Below the pieces are notes generated by a model, which worked only from the letters and a program-made list of their open reading frames with translations, did no database searches and was not told the origin of the DNA. Of a stretch of 64,000 nucleotides of DNA, positions 10,807 through 20,268 are shown piece after piece. The number at the start of each line of letters is the position of its first letter. Positions within the stretch are counted from its first letter, which is position 1. Origin of the DNA: an uncultured Neisseria sp. (GTDB taxonomy: Bacteria > Pseudomonadota > Gammaproteobacteria > Burkholderiales > UBA11063); contig CAYWWJ010000004.1 in NCBI GenBank assembly GCA_964462055.1, forward strand, positions 22,008-86,007. The letters run 5' to 3'. Made by a program: the position numbers and the translations under genes.

Positions 10807-11601
10807 TTACACCGCAACTGGCGCTTTTATTGCTGGATACGATTCGTAATTTTCCAGGGTAAAATCATCATATTTAAAAGCAAAAATATCGCTTACTTGT
10901 GGATTAATTTTCATTTGAGGAAGCGCCAATGGCGTTCTGGATAATTGCAACTCAACCTGTTCTAAGTGATTGCTATAAATATGTACATCACCAAAGCTAT
11001 GAATAAAATCACCAAGTTCTAAATTACAAACTTGTGCAATCATCATTGTCAATAATGCGTAGCTGGCAATATTAAACGGCACACCCAAAAATACATCCGC
11101 TGAACGCTGATATAATTGGCACGAAAGTCTGTTTTCCGCAACATAAAACTGGAAAAAGCTATGACATGGCATTAATGCCATTTGGTCTAATTCACCTACA
11201 TTCCACGCTGACACAATCAATCGCCGTGAATCAGGATTTGTCTTAATTTGCCGAATTACATCGCTAATCTGGTCAATTACAAGCCCATCAGCACACGACC
11301 AACTACGCCATTGTTTACCATAAACAGGACCTAACTCTCCATCTGAATTCGCCCATTCATCCCAAATTTTAACCCCATTTTCATTGAGATACCTCGTATT
11401 CGTATCACCTTGTAAAAACCAAAGTAATTCATGAATAATTGATTTCAAATGTACTTTTTTCGTCGTCACAAGCGGAAACCCATGCGCCAAATTAAAACGC
11501 ATTTGATACCCAAAACAAGAGATTGTCCCAGTTCCAGTACGGTCAGATTTCTTAACGCCAGTAGCTAAAATATGCCGTAGTAAATCTTGATATTGTTGCA
11601 T
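10807..11601 (-). CDS. thyA: thymidylate synthase
   Basis: 264 aa. [21 protein letters not shown] and the active-site region [13 protein letters not shown]. Confidence 0.95.
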   Translation of the reverse strand: MQQYQDLLRHILATGVKKSDRTGTGTISCFGYQMRFNLAHGFPLVTTKKVHLKSIIHELLWFLQGDTNTRYLNENGVKIWDEWANSDGELGPVYGKQWRSWSCADGLVIDQISDVIRQIKTNPDSRRLIVSAWNVGELDQMALMPCHSFFQFYVAENRLSCQLYQRSADVFLGVPFNIASYALLTMMIAQVCNLELGDFIHSFGDVHIYSNHLEQVELQLSRTPLALPQMKINPQVSDIFAFKYDDFTLENYESYPAIKAPVAV

Positions 11602-11619
11602 TTTTATCCCTTAAAAATT

Positions 11620-11635
11620 TGTTTCACGTGAAACA
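11620..11635. promoter_or_regulatory. perfect 16-bp palindrome TGTTTCACGTGAAACA, 18 nt upstream of the thyA start
   Basis: Read directly from the sequence. A second copy, extended to 18 bp, lies at 49368-49385. Confidence 0.5.
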
Positions 11636-11649
11636 TTGATTATTTATAC

Positions 11650-12510
11650 TCATTTGTTAAATTTTTTTTGGTAGCTGTGACAATATGGTTGCTTTTGCGT
11701 TTTAGTATAATAATCTTGATGATAATCTTCCGCTGTCCAAAATACATTAACTGGAATTAGCTTCGTTGCCACTTGATAATTCAGCTTAATTAATTCTTGC
11801 ATAACCAATTGTGCCGTCATATATTGAGTATCATTATAATAAAAAATCGCGCTAAGGTATTGATTACCAATATCTGGACCTTGTCCATTCGTTTGACTAA
11901 AATCATGAATCTCAAAAAAATATTTTAAAAGTTTTTCATAACTAAGCACATGTGGATTATAAATTACTCGAATCGCCTCCAAATGTTGCGTTGTATGACT
12001 GCAAACATCTTTATATGTAGGATTTTCGGTATTACCACCGCTATAGCCAACTTCAGTTTTTAAAACTCCAGCTAATTTCTGTAGGTAATATTCAACACCC
12101 CAAAAACATCCTGCTGCCAAAATTGCTTCTTCAGTATCCACAACATCAATGTCAGCAACGAAATCAAGCGCTAATGAATTTACACAATGTCTAGTATTAC
12201 GCAATGTCATTCCTTCACCACGAAATACGTGACCCAAATGCGCATTACAAGATTTACATAATATTTCAATTCGTCTACCATCACTGTCAGGTTGTTCTAA
12301 AATAGTCCCAACAATTGCATTATCAAAACTTGGCCAACCGCATCCCGAATGAAATTTATGTTGCGCCCTAAACAAAGCAATGCCACAATTACGGCACAAA
12401 TATGAGCCAGCACCTTCAAAATCGGTATATAATCCAGTATTAGGATATTCAGTGTGTTTGTCGCAAATAATGCTTTTCATTTCTGGAGTCAAACTCGCTG
12501 TTTTTAGCAT
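11650..12510 (-). CDS. msrBA: bifunctional methionine sulfoxide reductase B/A (MsrB-MsrA fusion)
   Basis: 286 aa. The N-terminal half has MsrB motifs (CxxC ... GCGWPSF ... RHCVNS). The C-terminal half has the MsrA motif AGCFWGVEYY. Confidence 0.9.
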   Translation of the reverse strand: MLKTASLTPEMKSIICDKHTEYPNTGLYTDFEGAGSYLCRNCGIALFRAQHKFHSGCGWPSFDNAIVGTILEQPDSDGRRIEILCKSCNAHLGHVFRGEGMTLRNTRHCVNSLALDFVADIDVVDTEEAILAAGCFWGVEYYLQKLAGVLKTEVGYSGGNTENPTYKDVCSHTTQHLEAIRVIYNPHVLSYEKLLKYFFEIHDFSQTNGQGPDIGNQYLSAIFYYNDTQYMTAQLVMQELIKLNYQVATKLIPVNVFWTAEDYHQDYYTKTQKQPYCHSYQKKFNK

Positions 12511-12556
12511 TTTATTTCCTCATCTGTAAAAATTAATTCAACGTATAAGTTGCCTA

Positions 12557-12766
12557 CTATGCACCATTTTCAAAACGCAATAAATCGCCTGGCTGACAAT
12601 CCAAAATTAAACAAATTTTATCTAGCGTTTCTAATCTAATCGCTTTAGCTTTACTATTTTTTAAAATTGATAAATTCGTTGCCGTTATACCAACTTGCTC
12701 CGCCAAATCTTGTAATTTCATTTTACGTTTAGCCAACATGACGTCTAATTCTATTATAATTGACAT
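12557..12766 (-). CDS. XRE-family helix-turn-helix transcriptional regulator (YozG-like)
   Basis: 69 aa. KLQDLAEQVGITATNLSILKN is a typical HTH_26/Cro-C1 segment. The gene is paired with the upstream DUF2975-like membrane gene. Confidence 0.8.
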   Translation of the reverse strand: MSIIIELDVMLAKRKMKLQDLAEQVGITATNLSILKNSKAKAIRLETLDKICLILDCQPGDLLRFENGA

Positions 12767-12775
12767 AATTATCCC

Positions 12776-13354
12776 CTATATTGTTAGCTCTTGTTCTTCG
12801 TTAATTTTTTGCCCCAATTTCATTACTTGACCAATAATAATTAACACAATCGCAAAAAATATAGCAGTTAAATTATCAATACCCAATGTAAAAGCTATAG
12901 TTCGTTGACCTACAGGGTTATTAAACGTAACACACAAATGGAAAAACATTTGATAAATTGGCTGTAAAAATAATCCACTAACTAAAGAAATAATTCCTAG
13001 TTGTCTATATGACTTTGCATTATCCAGATTAAATACTTTTCCATTAGCATAATTTTTAGATAATTTAAGCATTATGATCGTGCCAAGTAATAATGGAAGC
13101 ACTGTAAAAAATGAACCAATAAAGCCAAAAATACGACTTATTAATCTCAGAGACAACATAAACTCATCTATATTTTTATGATGTACATTCATAATTGCAG
13201 AAAACCCCTGCAAACTTAACATAAATTTACTAATCTCCAAAGTTGGAAATACCCATGGAATAATTACCATTAAAATAAATAAGACAAACAAAATACGTAA
13301 AATTACAAGAATTGTTTTGCTGGTTGAAATAAGTTTTTGATTATTCATAATCAT
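12776..13354 (-). CDS. DUF2975-like small membrane protein
   Basis: 192 aa with 4-5 hydrophobic segments. The pairing of a membrane protein with a short XRE regulator is a commonly seen arrangement. Assigned by context. Confidence 0.55.
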   Translation of the reverse strand: MIMNNQKLISTSKTILVILRILFVLFILMVIIPWVFPTLEISKFMLSLQGFSAIMNVHHKNIDEFMLSLRLISRIFGFIGSFFTVLPLLLGTIIMLKLSKNYANGKVFNLDNAKSYRQLGIISLVSGLFLQPIYQMFFHLCVTFNNPVGQRTIAFTLGIDNLTAIFFAIVLIIIGQVMKLGQKINEEQELTI

Positions 13355-13473
13355 GCTCCTAAATGTGTTATATTATACTACTCAAAATAATTGAATCCCG
13401 AAAAATCCAATAACGAATTATAACATATTTTTAATGATATATAAATAAATTTTATCGTAATTCGATGATTTAT

Positions 13474-15198
13474 TTACATCTTATCTACGGTATTTATACC
13501 TAATACATCGAAACCAGTTTTCAACGTAAATGCAGTTAGATTCGCCAAATGTAATCTGCTAGCGATTAATTCGTCACTTTCCGCATTTAATATTGGACAC
13601 GCTTCATAAAATCGCATAAATAATCCTGCCAAATTATACAAATACAAACACAAATAATGCGGATAACATTCGTTACTACTCAACACTAAATGATCGCTAA
13701 ATTTGGCAATCATTACCGCCAAATTATGTTCGTCTTTGTTGGTAATTATAATCTCCGCTGTATTAAATTCCACTTCGCCAGTATATTTCCGCAGAATACT
13801 TTGTATCCGCGTATATGCATACAGCAAATACGGCGCAGTATTACCGTCAAACGCCAGCATTTTATCAAAACTAAATATGTAATCGCTAACTCTGTTTTTT
13901 GCTAAATCAGCGTATTTTACAGACGCTATAGCCATTGTTGTAGCTAGTTCTTGCTTGGCGTCTTCACTCCATTCGCTTTCGCGCTCATTTATTATTGTAT
14001 ACGCACGATTAATTGCCTCATCCAATAAATTAATCAGCTTAATTGTATCACCACTTCGCGTCTTAAATGGTCTTCCATCTTCGCCCATCATAGTACCAAA
14101 AGCGACATGCTCCAGCTTAGTATCCGGTTTCACCAAATGAGCTTTTTTACTCGTGGCGAATAATTGCTTCATGTGTAATGATTGTCTAGCATCGATAACA
14201 TAAACCAAACGATTGGCGCCCAATTTATTCACCCGATCATCAATTGCTGCTAAATCGGTGGTTGCATATAAATATCCGCCATCGCTTTTTTGTACAATAA
14301 ACGGGGTTTCTTCTTTAGTATTGATTTCACCATCAGCAAAAAATACACATTTGGCTCCATTACTTTCAACGATAATATTTTGCTTCGTCAAATTTGCAAC
14401 CATAGGCGCCAATGCATCATTATACGAACTTTCACCTACAGCATCTTCTCGGGTTAATTTGACACCCAATTTTGCGTATATAATTTCACAATGTTTTAAT
14501 GAAATATCGACAAATTTACGCCATATCGCTAGAATTTCTGGATCGCCACCTTGCAATTTCACCACGTAATCCCGCGATTTATTGGCGAATATCTCATCTT
14601 CATCAAAACGAACTTTGGCTTTACGATAGAAACTCTCTAAGTCACCGAGAACTAATTCCTCAGCGCTTTGCTTATTTTCTACTAAACACGCAGTTAACAT
14701 GCCAAATTGCGTACCCCAATCACCCACGTGGTTGCGACGAATAACTTTATTCCCCAAATACTCAAACATACGCACCAACGCATCACCAATAATCGTGCTA
14801 CGTAAATGACCAACATGCATTTCTTTTGCCAAATTTGGGGCGGAATAGTCAACCACAATCAAATCATTTTGCGAGTTTTTGCACGCTGGATTCGCGCCAT
14901 TTTGCATTAAATAACTCGACAAATAAGCATCATTCAAATGTAAATTGATAAACCCAGGTCCAGCAACCTCGATTTTACTCAGCATATTGCCACAATCAAC
15001 AGCGCCAATCACCTTATTGGCAAGCTCGCGTGGATTGCATTTTTGTGATTTGGCAGCAGCCATAATTCCATTCACCTGATAATCACCGTATTCACTACGC
15101 GATGCGTCTTGCAACAAAACTGGAATTGATTCACTTATTCCAAGCGCAGTAAATGCACCACGAAATTTTTTCTCTAACTCATTTGCGATTGTGTACAT
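13474..15198 (-). CDS. argS: arginine--tRNA ligase
   Basis: 574 aa with class I motifs: HIGH-type (ANLAKEMHVGHLRS) and a C-terminal DALR anticodon-binding-like region. Confidence 0.95.
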   Translation of the reverse strand: MYTIANELEKKFRGAFTALGISESIPVLLQDASRSEYGDYQVNGIMAAAKSQKCNPRELANKVIGAVDCGNMLSKIEVAGPGFINLHLNDAYLSSYLMQNGANPACKNSQNDLIVVDYSAPNLAKEMHVGHLRSTIIGDALVRMFEYLGNKVIRRNHVGDWGTQFGMLTACLVENKQSAEELVLGDLESFYRKAKVRFDEDEIFANKSRDYVVKLQGGDPEILAIWRKFVDISLKHCEIIYAKLGVKLTREDAVGESSYNDALAPMVANLTKQNIIVESNGAKCVFFADGEINTKEETPFIVQKSDGGYLYATTDLAAIDDRVNKLGANRLVYVIDARQSLHMKQLFATSKKAHLVKPDTKLEHVAFGTMMGEDGRPFKTRSGDTIKLINLLDEAINRAYTIINERESEWSEDAKQELATTMAIASVKYADLAKNRVSDYIFSFDKMLAFDGNTAPYLLYAYTRIQSILRKYTGEVEFNTAEIIITNKDEHNLAVMIAKFSDHLVLSSNECYPHYLCLYLYNLAGLFMRFYEACPILNAESDELIASRLHLANLTAFTLKTGFDVLGINTVDKM

Positions 15199-15275
15199 AT
15201 TTCTTTAACTTCCTTTAATTCTTTAACTATATAATTTATTTTAAAAATATCTTATCTTCCAATTTAATTTCTATT

Positions 15276-15827
15276 TTAATGATGTAACATCTTCCATCTA
15301 TCTTTCGTCAAGCGATATAAAACATGTAAGCTCAATGGATTCTCTCTAAGTAATTTAGGGTGATAAAAATCTTCGTTTTCATTATTTATCATACCAAGTT
15401 TTTGCATTACCCGCTCTGATTTTTTATTGATTTTTGCGGTTAATGCTATAATCTCATTTAAATTGAATTCATTAAAACCAATTTCTAAGCATTTCTGTGC
15501 TGCTTCAACAGCAAATCCTTGACTCCAATATTCTTTGGCAATTCACCAAGCAATTTCAATATTTGGGGTAACAGGTAAACTACTATCACAATGAATTAAT
15601 CCAACAACGCCAATAAATTGATACGTCTCTTTTAATTCACATGCATACATACTATATCCATATTGAAGAAGGTGTTGCTTTGACTTATCAATAAGTGCAA
15701 ATGATTCTTCCCTAGTTCTTACATTTGGGAAAAATTCCATTACTTCTGGATCTTGATTTAATACAACAAATGGTTCAATATCGCTATCAATCCAATCTCG
15801 CAAAATCAATCTTTCTGTTTCATACAT
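15276..15827 (-). pseudogene. GNAT (RimJ/RimL-type) N-acetyltransferase interrupted by one in-frame TGA
   Basis: The listed ORF 15543-15827 ends ...NIEIAW then TGA (15545-15543). The same frame continues without further stops: IAKEYWSQGFAVEAAQKCLEIGFNEFNLNEIIALTAKINKKSERVMQKLGM...HH, ending at TAA 15278-15276. Together the two parts give a full-length GNAT fold of about 183 aa. Confidence 0.8.
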
Positions 15828-15934
15828 ACGTAATTTTTTTAATATATTCTATTGTGCTAAATTGTTTTACGGTTAATGATGTCATTATTTGCAAATCCTC
15901 TCAGGTAAATCATATACCATTATTTTATCACATA

Positions 15935-16005
15935 ACCTGAGTCCTCACTTTTTAAAGATCCCACAAAAATGATGAGTTTGTAATTTTAGAATATGAATTC
16001 GCTCC
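15935..16005. repeat. family-A MITE fragment (one terminus plus part of the core)
   Basis: ACCTGAGTCCTCACTTTTTA followed by AAAATGATGAGTTTGTAATT, which resembles the core segment AAAATATGAGTTTGTATTAATT. Confidence 0.5.
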
Positions 16006-16063
16006 AGCATGTTATATGGTTTGCAAACATATTTCAAGCCACCAGCTTCAGCTAGATGGCGGA

Positions 16064-16880
16064 TTAATTAGCAAAGCCTACGTTACCTGAGCTTTGGTCA
16101 AATAGCACTTGGTAACTATTAAATAAGTTATTGCCAGCATTTACTTTATTTTTATCACTTTCGGTGGCAACAATTTTTTCTGCTAGTGGTAAGTCTAGTA
16201 AGCCTTGTTGTGTTGGAATTTGTGCGCTGATAATATTTTTTACCTTTCCGTCTGGGTCAAATTTAATCCAGGTTGGTAATGGAGAAAACTCAAAATTAGT
16301 TTTGTCGGATCCGCTATCAAAGATAGTATCATAAGTATCTTGTCCACTATCACTAACATCGGCATCAGTGTGGTAATAAATAACTGGTATTTGCCTATCG
16401 TTCTAACATGGAGTGGTAATAGTGGCATAAACATTACTATTAGAGCAAATATTTGATTGATTCAGTTGAGTAAGTGCAAAATTAACTATTTGTGCTGAAG
16501 ATAGTTGACCAAAAGTTAAAGTAGATTGGGCTACATTAATAAGCAACATTTGGTTATATGGATATGGTAGTTATAATTTAGCACTTACTTGATTATCCAT
16601 CTCTAGGCCTAATATTGCCTGCACATGATTACCTGGGACTAACTCTGCTGTTGTTAATATTACTGGGGTTTGGGTTTAAGAATTTAAGGTGTTACCCATG
16701 GTGGTTGGAAAACTGACACTGGCATAAGCTAATATTCCAGTGACACTGTGTGAACCACCATCATAATTAACTATTACTTCTTGAGTTGTTTTTTGTAAGT
16801 TGGGTCCAACATATGATTCGTATGTTTGAGCCAACATTACTTTCTGCTCGCCAGTAGGGTAAAACCTTTCAATACAGCAC
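16064..16880 (-). pseudogene. decayed gene, aspartic-peptidase-like (pepsin-type) C-terminal half
   Basis: My own minus-strand translation gives YPTGEQKVMLAQTYESYVGP, then a frameshift at the T6 run 16789-16794. It then runs ..EVIVNYDGGSHSVTGILAYASVSF.. with in-frame stops at 16676-16678 (TAA), 16571-16573 (TAA) and 16403-16405 (TAG). The end reads ...DTYDTIFDSGSDKTNFEF...YQVLFDQSSGNVGFAN then TAA (16066-16064). The DSGS and FD...VGFA motifs resemble the second lobe of A1-type peptidases. Confidence 0.6.
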
Positions 16881-17127
16881 TACAAGTAAATATTCTACCT
16901 TAAATTTGAGGTTAACGCAAATTTTTTATGACCTTCAGAAAATGCACTTTTTAATTAGCAATATTCTTTATAATTGCTTTGCTAGTCAATTCAGTAAATT
17001 TATTTTCTATACCTTTATTAGTTAATGTATAATTACTTCTTGGTGTACAATTGCTATGAGCAGATTGTTGCGTAACAAAACTTTGCAATAAAACCAATTT
17101 TGCTATTTTATAGAGGGTTTTAAAGAA

Positions 17128-18912
17128 ATGAAGTCTACTCTCCAAAGTTGGTACTTAATTTGTTTATTTTTGTTAAATATGTTAATCATTGCTGGATGCA
17201 TCAATAGTGGACAAGCAAGTGACCCTAATAATACAGCAACTTTGGCGATAAAATTAAATCCACCGGCAATTCTAATCAATGATACCGCTACTGTTACAGT
17301 TTCTTTAGAAAGCAGTTCTGACATTACCCAAGCGGTAAAAGTTACCATAAAATCTGATAGTAAGGCGACAATATTACCAGATTATAGTTGCCAATTAACT
17401 ACTGAAAGCCCAAACTGTACTGCAATTGTTCAATCTGGATCTAACCCAGGTTCTGCAACTATTGAAGCTAGCTCAATAGGATGTGGCCCTGTGTATTCTA
17501 CTCTTAAGATATTTTTAGAGTCCCAGCCAGGAACCTTATCAATAAATGTTTCCCCTAACTTAGCTTTATTTAATGAAAGCTTGACTACTACAGTAACTTT
17601 AAATGATAGTGTAGGAATTAAAACACCATTACCAGTTATGCTTAATGGTGGCAATGATGTTATAATACCCCCCAATTATGACTGTAAATTATCTAGCTAT
17701 AGTACAGTTTGTGATGTTCCAATAAAATCCAGTACTATTTCAGGAAATTATATAATTAGTGCCAGTGCAACTGGTTATGAAAGTGCCATAACTACTTTGG
17801 ATGTAACCAACTTTAAGGTGTTATATATGCTAGAGAGTGATAATTTTATTGGTGCGTCAATTCAACCTAGCTTGTTAAAAGGTGATAGTAATACCCTTTA
17901 TGGCACCACTTATACAGGAGGAAAGTATAATTTGGGCTCAATATTCCAAATAACTACTGCAGGCGATTTTACTATTTTATATTCTTTTTATAGCAATGGT
18001 GCTGGCCCATCTTCATCTTTAATACAGGATGATCAAGGTAACCTTTTAGGTGTTACTTGCTTAGGCGGAAAATATAATGGTGGAATTATTTTTAAGTTTA
18101 TGGCGGCAACAAGTCAATTAACTAATTTAGCGTCATTTAAACCAGGCGAAACTGGTAATTGTCCACAGGGAAATTTAGTAAACTATAATGGTTCTTTGTA
18201 TGGCGTTACACTTGATGGGAATGGTACAATATTTCAATTTTCATTTAATACGCAATTATTAAGAAATTTATATAGTTTTACAGATAGTAGCGATGGTATC
18301 TATCCAGTAGGTGGGTTAACGCTCGGACAAGATGGATATCTTTATGGCATAACTGAATCTGAGGGAATTTATGATTACGGGACGATTTTTAAATTTGGTA
18401 CTGAGAGTGGTGATTTTCAGACTCTATTTTCATTTGACAATACGCATTCTAGCGGAGCAAATCCTGTGGGAGCTTTAATTTTTGGTAATGATAATATTTT
18501 TTATGGTACAACATTATTAAGTCCAAATGACACAGGTACTGTATTTTCTTTTGCTGAGAGTGGAGAAGCAATAAATTTAACTTCAACTCAGCTAGACGGT
18601 AATAATGGAGCTTGGCCTCATGCAGGACTGGTCCAAACTAATGATGGGAATTTATATGGTACAGCATTAGGCGGTGGGCAGGATTTTTACGGGGCTATTT
18701 TTAAGTTCACTCCATCTTCCGAGAGCCAGTTGTCTGGACAAATAAATTTATTATACTCATTTAATAGTGAAAATGGTGTATGTGCGCCTAGAACAAGCTT
18801 GACTGAGGATGATAATGGAAACTTGTTTGGTATAACAGGTTATTGTCTTGGACATAACAACAATCCGATAACACCGAAAATATTTGGGTTTTCTCCACCA
18901 AGTAGTAATTAA
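17128..18912 (+). CDS. surface lipoprotein: two Ig-like N-terminal repeats plus 7 tandem GloVer-type (LYGTT..GG..G.IFKF) propeller repeats
   Basis: 594 aa with a lipobox (LIIAGC). Two repeats of about 95 aa (ATVTVSLESS.../LTTTVTLNDS...) are followed by LYGTTYTGGKYNLGSIFQI, LLGVTCLGGKYNGGIIFKF, LYGVTLDGNGTIFQF, LYGITESEGIYDYGTIFKF, FYGTTLLSPNDTGTVFSF, LYGTALGGGQDFYGAIFKF and LFGITGY...KIFGF. Confidence 0.75.
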   Translation: MKSTLQSWYLICLFLLNMLIIAGCINSGQASDPNNTATLAIKLNPPAILINDTATVTVSLESSSDITQAVKVTIKSDSKATILPDYSCQLTTESPNCTAIVQSGSNPGSATIEASSIGCGPVYSTLKIFLESQPGTLSINVSPNLALFNESLTTTVTLNDSVGIKTPLPVMLNGGNDVIIPPNYDCKLSSYSTVCDVPIKSSTISGNYIISASATGYESAITTLDVTNFKVLYMLESDNFIGASIQPSLLKGDSNTLYGTTYTGGKYNLGSIFQITTAGDFTILYSFYSNGAGPSSSLIQDDQGNLLGVTCLGGKYNGGIIFKFMAATSQLTNLASFKPGETGNCPQGNLVNYNGSLYGVTLDGNGTIFQFSFNTQLLRNLYSFTDSSDGIYPVGGLTLGQDGYLYGITESEGIYDYGTIFKFGTESGDFQTLFSFDNTHSSGANPVGALIFGNDNIFYGTTLLSPNDTGTVFSFAESGEAINLTSTQLDGNNGAWPHAGLVQTNDGNLYGTALGGGQDFYGAIFKFTPSSESQLSGQINLLYSFNSENGVCAPRTSLTEDDNGNLFGITGYCLGHNNNPITPKIFGFSPPSSN

Positions 18913-19107
18913 ATTTAATTCACATAGACATTAGATATACTGGATGTACTACTCTATGGTCAAATACATGGACATCTTCTGGCCTTAGTCAATATCCAGT
19001 ATTTGTTACATCAGTGACTACATATAACTATATAAGGTAACTCTTATTTTCTGGCATGCCGTGGAATTACCCCAATTAAAAGCATGAAAATTTATAATTG
19101 TCTTTAA

Positions 19108-20220
19108 TCATGAATTACCTAACTTTGGTCGCAATCTAGATTTATTAAAAATATTTTGCCCTTTGATAATTCCTTTGCGATGCATTTTTTGCTCCTCTGC
19201 TGGTAAATGAATTTCTTCGCGACATTCGTTGCTGCAACATCCTTCGTATTTGGCATTGCATTCTGCGCATTGTATAAATAATAAATGACAACCGCTGTTT
19301 GCGCAATTCACATGTGTGTCAGATTTTGCGCCACATTGATGACAAACCGAAATTGTTTCTGCGCCAATTTGTTCGCCCAAACGATTATCAAATACGAAAT
19401 TTTTACCGAGAAATTTATTCTCCAAACCTTTAGCTTTTACGTTATTGGCGTAATGAATTATTCCGCCTTCTAGATGATAAACGTTTTTGAAGCCATTATG
19501 CAACATCCAGCTACTAGCCTTCTCACAGCGAATTCCACCAGTACAATACATGATTATATTCTTGTCTTTATTATCCTTCATCATATCAACCGCCATTGGC
19601 AATTGTTCGCGAAATGTATCGCTCGGAATTTCTATTGCATTTTTAAAATGTCCAACTTCGTATTCATAATGGTTGCGCATATCAATCAATATCGTTTCAG
19701 GGTCGTTGGTCAGCTGATTAAATTCTTCTGCCGACAAGTATTTACCAATCGCAGACATACTAAACGCTTGGTCGTTAATTCCATCGGCAACAATCTTTGC
19801 ACGCGCTTTTACTTTTAACACCCAAAAAGATTTGCCGTCGTCATCGACAGCAACATTTATTCTCAAACCTTCTAAGCCATTAATCGAATACAAATAAGCC
19901 TTAAATGCATCAAATTTACTTGCAGGAACACTTGCCTGCGCATTTATTCCTTCGTGCGCGACATAAATTCGTCCAAATACATTTAATTGTTCAAGATTAA
20001 TGTATAATTCATCACGAAAACTCTGCGGATTTTCAATCGCAAAATACTTGTAAAATGAAATAGTTACGCGAGGCTCAGTCTCTTGGTACAATTTTGCCTT
20101 CAGATCTTTTGGATTGCACCGATTGTACAATATTTTTGATTTTTTCTTAGGAATTGAATTATCCTTATGTTCTGTAGCATTATCTACAGCATCATTTATT
20201 TGCGAATTATTTTCTAACAT
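19108..20220 (-). CDS. trhO: rhodanese-domain tRNA uridine(34) hydroxylase (UPF0176/YceA family)
   Basis: 370 aa. ISFYKYF at the start of the domain, a rhodanese active-site loop [11 protein letters not shown], and a Cys-rich C-terminal tail. Confidence 0.8.
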   Translation of the reverse strand: MLENNSQINDAVDNATEHKDNSIPKKKSKILYNRCNPKDLKAKLYQETEPRVTISFYKYFAIENPQSFRDELYINLEQLNVFGRIYVAHEGINAQASVPASKFDAFKAYLYSINGLEGLRINVAVDDDGKSFWVLKVKARAKIVADGINDQAFSMSAIGKYLSAEEFNQLTNDPETILIDMRNHYEYEVGHFKNAIEIPSDTFREQLPMAVDMMKDNKDKNIIMYCTGGIRCEKASSWMLHNGFKNVYHLEGGIIHYANNVKAKGLENKFLGKNFVFDNRLGEQIGAETISVCHQCGAKSDTHVNCANSGCHLLFIQCAECNAKYEGCCSNECREEIHLPAEEQKMHRKGIIKGQNIFNKSRLRPKLGNS

Positions 20221-20268
20221 AATATCCTCTCAATATGTGAAATTTATTGTCATTATAATCAAGCAGTC

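Noticed and set aside
15543-15545. TGA as selenocysteine or tryptophan recoding in the GNAT gene
   Set aside because: I see no SECIS-like hairpin immediately downstream, and TGA terminates other genes in the window. A nonsense mutation is the simpler reading.
16951-17348. Minus-strand ORFs 16951-17145 and 17103-17348
   Set aside because: They overlap the promoter and start of the well-supported 594-aa lipoprotein gene on the other strand. They have no recognisable features or ribosome-binding site.
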